Source: an uncultured Clostridia bacterium (GTDB lineage Bacteria; Bacillota; Clostridia; TANB77; CAG-508). Taken from it: a stretch of DNA of 36,786 nt. Every line of letters starts with the position of its first letter. Position 1 is the first letter of the stretch. The DNA is taken from assembly GCA_944393335.1 (NCBI GenBank), contig CALXZV010000001.1, positions 1-36,786 of the forward strand, in the 5' to 3' direction. Of the stretch, positions 33,884 through 36,786 are shown in pieces. Under the pieces are notes generated by a model. That model was given only the letters and a program-made list of their open reading frames with translations, did no database searches and was not told the origin of the DNA. A program made the translations under genes and the position numbers.

Positions 33884-36786
33884 ATGAACTATATATTAAG
33901 AGATTTGGCTTCAACACAAAAATACAAGTCATTTAAAGAAAAATTAAAAAATAATAATTACCCGGTAGAAATATCGGGTCTTGTTCCTGTGGCTAAAACA
34001 GAGCTTATAGGAGCATTATTTGAAGAAGAAAGGATGCCTGTTTGCATTATTACATACAATGAAATGCAAGCAAAAGAGCTTGAAAAGAACTTAAGCTATT
34101 TTGCAGGTAAGGTAGAATATTTTCCAAAAAGAGAAATTTCAATTTATGATTATGATGCAGAAAGCAATGATATAGAATATGAAAGAATACAAGTTTTAAA
34201 TAATATATACAAAGGTAAAACAAAACTTGTAATGACTACAATTGAGGCAATTATGCAAAAAATGATTGCGAAAGAATCTTTGTATAATACTGTTTTAAAA
34301 CTTAATTTAGCAGATACAATAAGCCATGAAGAACTTAAAAGATACCTTGTGCAAATGGGTTATAAAAGAGTTGACTTAATAGAAAACAAGGGAGAGTTTA
34401 GCATTAGAGGCGATATTTTAGACATTGGCTTAAGTGATACAGAAGGCGTAAGAATTGAGTTTTGGGGAGATGACATTGACTCAATAAGAAAGTTTAAAAT
34501 ATCTTCACAAAGATCCACAGATATGTTAAAAACTGTGGAAATTTACCCTGCAACAGAGATGATTTTGGAAGATAGTATTCAAAATGTTTGCAAAAGAATA
34601 GAGGCTTTGGATAATTATTCTTTTGAAGATTTAGAGATTATACAAAATGGAGATTATACTACAAGAATTGATAAATATTTTAATGAATTTTATACAAAAC
34701 AAGCAAACTTTTTAGACTACATACCTAATTTTACAATATTTTTAGATGAACCTGAAAAAATTAAGCAAAGGGTAGAAGCAATACAAAAAGAAAATGAAAA
34801 TTTAATAAAGGCGCTAATTGAAAAAGAAAGGGCAGTGCCAGAGTCTTTACACAATTTAAATGATTATATTTTTGATTTTAAAGAAACAGTCAATTTGTAT
34901 GAACAAGATACATTAAAAAATGATTTTAATACTAAAGAAATTAATTTAATAAAAGGCGATGTAAAAGACTTAGAAGAGCGTATAAATGAGTATGTGCAAA
35001 ACAATAAAAAAGTTGTTATTTTAGCAGGTGACAAGGAGAATACAACTAAAGTTTTAAGAGCACTTAATAATGCTAGTGAAATTTTAGCAGATAAGAATGC
35101 TACAAACCAAAAGAATGATTTGCCAAACGTAAGAAAATTTAGTGGAAATCAAGTTGCATATGCTGATTCCTTAGATAATGTTAATTTAAAACAAGGCGAA
35201 GTTGTTGTTTGCGAAGGTGCGTTAACTACAGGCTTTGAAGACAAGGATACAAACTTAGTTGTATTAAGCAGTGATGAATTCTTTTACAAAAATGTTAAAC
35301 GTAAAAAGGTCTCAGACACTTTCAAAAATGCAGAAAAAATTGTATTTGCAGACCTTAAAGTTGGAGATTACATTGTTCACAAAAATCATGGTATCGGTAT
35401 ATTTACAGGTGTAAATACTATAAAAGTTGATGGTATTACTAAAGATTTTATTCAATTAAAGTATAGAGATGGCGACATTTTATATGTTCCAACAGAAGAT
35501 TTGGATAATGTACGTAAATATATTGGAGCAGAAGGACATTTACAATTAAATAAACTTGGAACTAAAGATTGGGAAAAGACCAAGGCTAGAGTTAAAGGTA
35601 ATTTAAGAGCAGTTGCAAAAGAATTAATAGAATTATATGCTAAAAGAGAAAATGCAAAGGGCTTTGCTTTTTCAAAAGATACAGTATTTCAAAAACAATT
35701 TGAAGATAGTTTTGAGTACACAGAAACAAATGACCAACTAAGATGTATAGAAGAAGTTAAAAAAGATATGGAAAGTCCAAGACCTATGGACAGACTTCTT
35801 TGTGGTGATGTTGGATATGGCAAAACAGAAGTTGCAATAAGAGCAGCATTTAAGGCTGTTATGGATAGCAAGCAAGTTGCATACCTAGCGCCAACAACAA
35901 TTTTGGCAAGCCAGCAATACCAAGAGTTTAAAACAAGGATGGCTGAATATCCAATAAGAATTGAACTATTAAATAGATTTAAAACTCAAAAGCAACAAAA
36001 AGATATAGTAGAAAGATTAAAGCAGGGCAAAGTAGACATAGTAATAGGAACTCATAGAATTCTTAGCAAAGACGTAGAATTTAAAGATTTAGGTCTTTTA
36101 ATAATAGACGAGGAACACAGATTTGGAGTAAAAGATAAAGAAAAGATTAAGCAGTATAAGGCAACAATTGATGTACTTACAATGACTGCAACTCCTATAC
36201 CTAGAACACTTCAAATGTCAGTTGTTGGAATAAGAGATATGTCAGTTATATATGAACCACCACAAAATAGAAAGCCTATTCAAACTTATGTGCTTGAATA
36301 TGATAAAGAAGTAATAAAAGAAGCTATTACAAAAGAATTAGAAAGAAATGGTCAAATATTTTACATATATAATATTGTTGAGTCAATTGCAAGAAAAGCA
36401 CAAGAAATAGAAAGCCTGATACCAGAGGCAAAAGTTGCATATGCACATGGAAAAATGAGTGGTAGTGAAATAGAAGATATAATGCAAGACTTCATAGACG
36501 GCAAAACTAATGTGTTAGTTTGCACAACAATACTAGAGTCAGGAATAGACATACCAAATGCAAATACAATTATTGTAGAAAATGCAGATAGATTTGGCTT
36601 AGCACAACTTTATCAAATAAGAGGTAGAGTTGGTAGAAGCGATAAACAAGCCTATGCATACATAACTTACAAGAGAGACAAAATGCTTTCAGAAGATGCA
36701 ACTCAAAGGCTAAAAGCCATAAAAGAATTTACTGAATTTGGTTCAGGATTTAAAATAGCAACAAGAGATTTGCAAATAAGAGGTGC
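33884..36786 (+). CDS. mfd: Transcription-repair coupling factor Mfd (5' partial, runs off the window end)
   Basis: Open frame from ATG 33884 (GGAGA RBS) to the window end; it is absent from the ORF track because it has no stop. Hand translation shows [40 protein letters not shown] and RGRVGRS, the Mfd/RecG-type helicase motifs, plus an UvrB-like N-terminus. Confidence 0.92.
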   Translation, partial: MNYILRDLASTQKYKSFKEKLKNNNYPVEISGLVPVAKTELIGALFEEERMPVCIITYNEMQAKELEKNLSYFAGKVEYFPKREISIYDYDAESNDIEYERIQVLNNIYKGKTKLVMTTIEAIMQKMIAKESLYNTVLKLNLADTISHEELKRYLVQMGYKRVDLIENKGEFSIRGDILDIGLSDTEGVRIEFWGDDIDSIRKFKISSQRSTDMLKTVEIYPATEMILEDSIQNVCKRIEALDNYSFEDLEIIQNGDYTTRIDKYFNEFYTKQANFLDYIPNFTIFLDEPEKIKQRVEAIQKENENLIKALIEKERAVPESLHNLNDYIFDFKETVNLYEQDTLKNDFNTKEINLIKGDVKDLEERINEYVQNNKKVVILAGDKENTTKVLRALNNASEILADKNATNQKNDLPNVRKFSGNQVAYADSLDNVNLKQGEVVVCEGALTTGFEDKDTNLVVLSSDEFFYKNVKRKKVSDTFKNAEKIVFADLKVGDYIVHKNHGIGIFTGVNTIKVDGITKDFIQLKYRDGDILYVPTEDLDNVRKYIGAEGHLQLNKLGTKDWEKTKARVKGNLRAVAKELIELYAKRENAKGFAFSKDTVFQKQFEDSFEYTETNDQLRCIEEVKKDMESPRPMDRLLCGDVGYGKTEVAIRAAFKAVMDSKQVAYLAPTTILASQQYQEFKTRMAEYPIRIELLNRFKTQKQQKDIVERLKQGKVDIVIGTHRILSKDVEFKDLGLLIIDEEHRFGVKDKEKIKQYKATIDVLTMTATPIPRTLQMSVVGIRDMSVIYEPPQNRKPIQTYVLEYDKEVIKEAITKELERNGQIFYIYNIVESIARKAQEIESLIPEAKVAYAHGKMSGSEIEDIMQDFIDGKTNVLVCTTILESGIDIPNANTIIVENADRFGLAQLYQIRGRVGRSDKQAYAYITYKRDKMLSEDATQRLKAIKEFTEFGSGFKIATRDLQIRG

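Noticed and set aside
566-36552. Antisense or out-of-frame ORFs from the track
   Set aside because: Examples are 566-775, 2332-2631, 6513-6932, 10961-11230, 13229-13723, 14569-15021, 15840-16145, 24009-24632, 26407-26760, 27245-27589, 28492-29242, 32201-32602, 35689-35871 and 36361-36552. Each lies entirely within, or largely overlaps, a well-supported CDS on the other strand or frame. Their composition is low-complexity (Ser/Leu/Ile/Phe-rich), as expected from AT-rich antisense translation, and they have no RBS.
1-36786. Alternative genetic code (TGA read-through), as in some AT-rich small-genome lineages
   Set aside because: Well-supported genes terminate at TGA, for example ORF 1656-2114 and ORF 30300-30674. 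No conserved protein needs TGA read-through to reach its expected length.

Overview
AT-rich chromosomal segment from an endospore-forming, low-GC Firmicute (Clostridia-like). It uses the standard code, since TGA, TAA and TAG all act as stops. Gene content is mostly housekeeping. There is a type IV pilus operon (pilin, pilD, two pseudopilin-like genes, pilB, pilT, pilC). Further genes are a ROK glucokinase, an XRE regulator, scpB plus a DUF4364 gene, trmB, a frameshifted cytoplasmic GH13 alpha-amylase, an MscS-family channel and an OmpR/histidine-kinase pair. A surface-protein cluster follows (FGE/SUMF1-like protein, sortase-like protein, WG-repeat protein). Next come a YnbB-type PLP enzyme, an HI0933-type flavoprotein, a YigZ/IMPACT protein, spo0A, a tail-less ftsZ, an M23 peptidase plus a SpoIVFB-like M50 protease, and a pilin-like protein with a Listeria-Bacteroides repeat. 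The window ends with tRNA-Met(CAT), ylbJ, an orphan MNT-type nucleotidyltransferase and the 5' part of mfd, which is open-ended and so absent from the ORF track. I see no CRISPR array, transposase, integrase or recognisable defence operon. The most unusual signal is non-coding: a very dense family of ~29-nt units with a GGGACGGT(T/C)CTA core at ten intergenic loci. These units occur as hairpin doublets, as the termini of two near-identical 182-bp MITE-like elements with a GC-rich structured core, and as a conserved type2-type1 tandem. Secondary observations are three helically phased Spo0A boxes in a 920-bp ORF-poor gap, a type I toxin-antitoxin-like small-ORF locus, and a (TA)10 microsatellite inside a tiny ORF. 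Others are a sortase homologue with Tyr in place of the catalytic Cys, an FtsZ without its C-terminal linker and peptide, and pilins lacking Glu+5. All coordinates and motif counts were read by eye; nothing was searched against databases.
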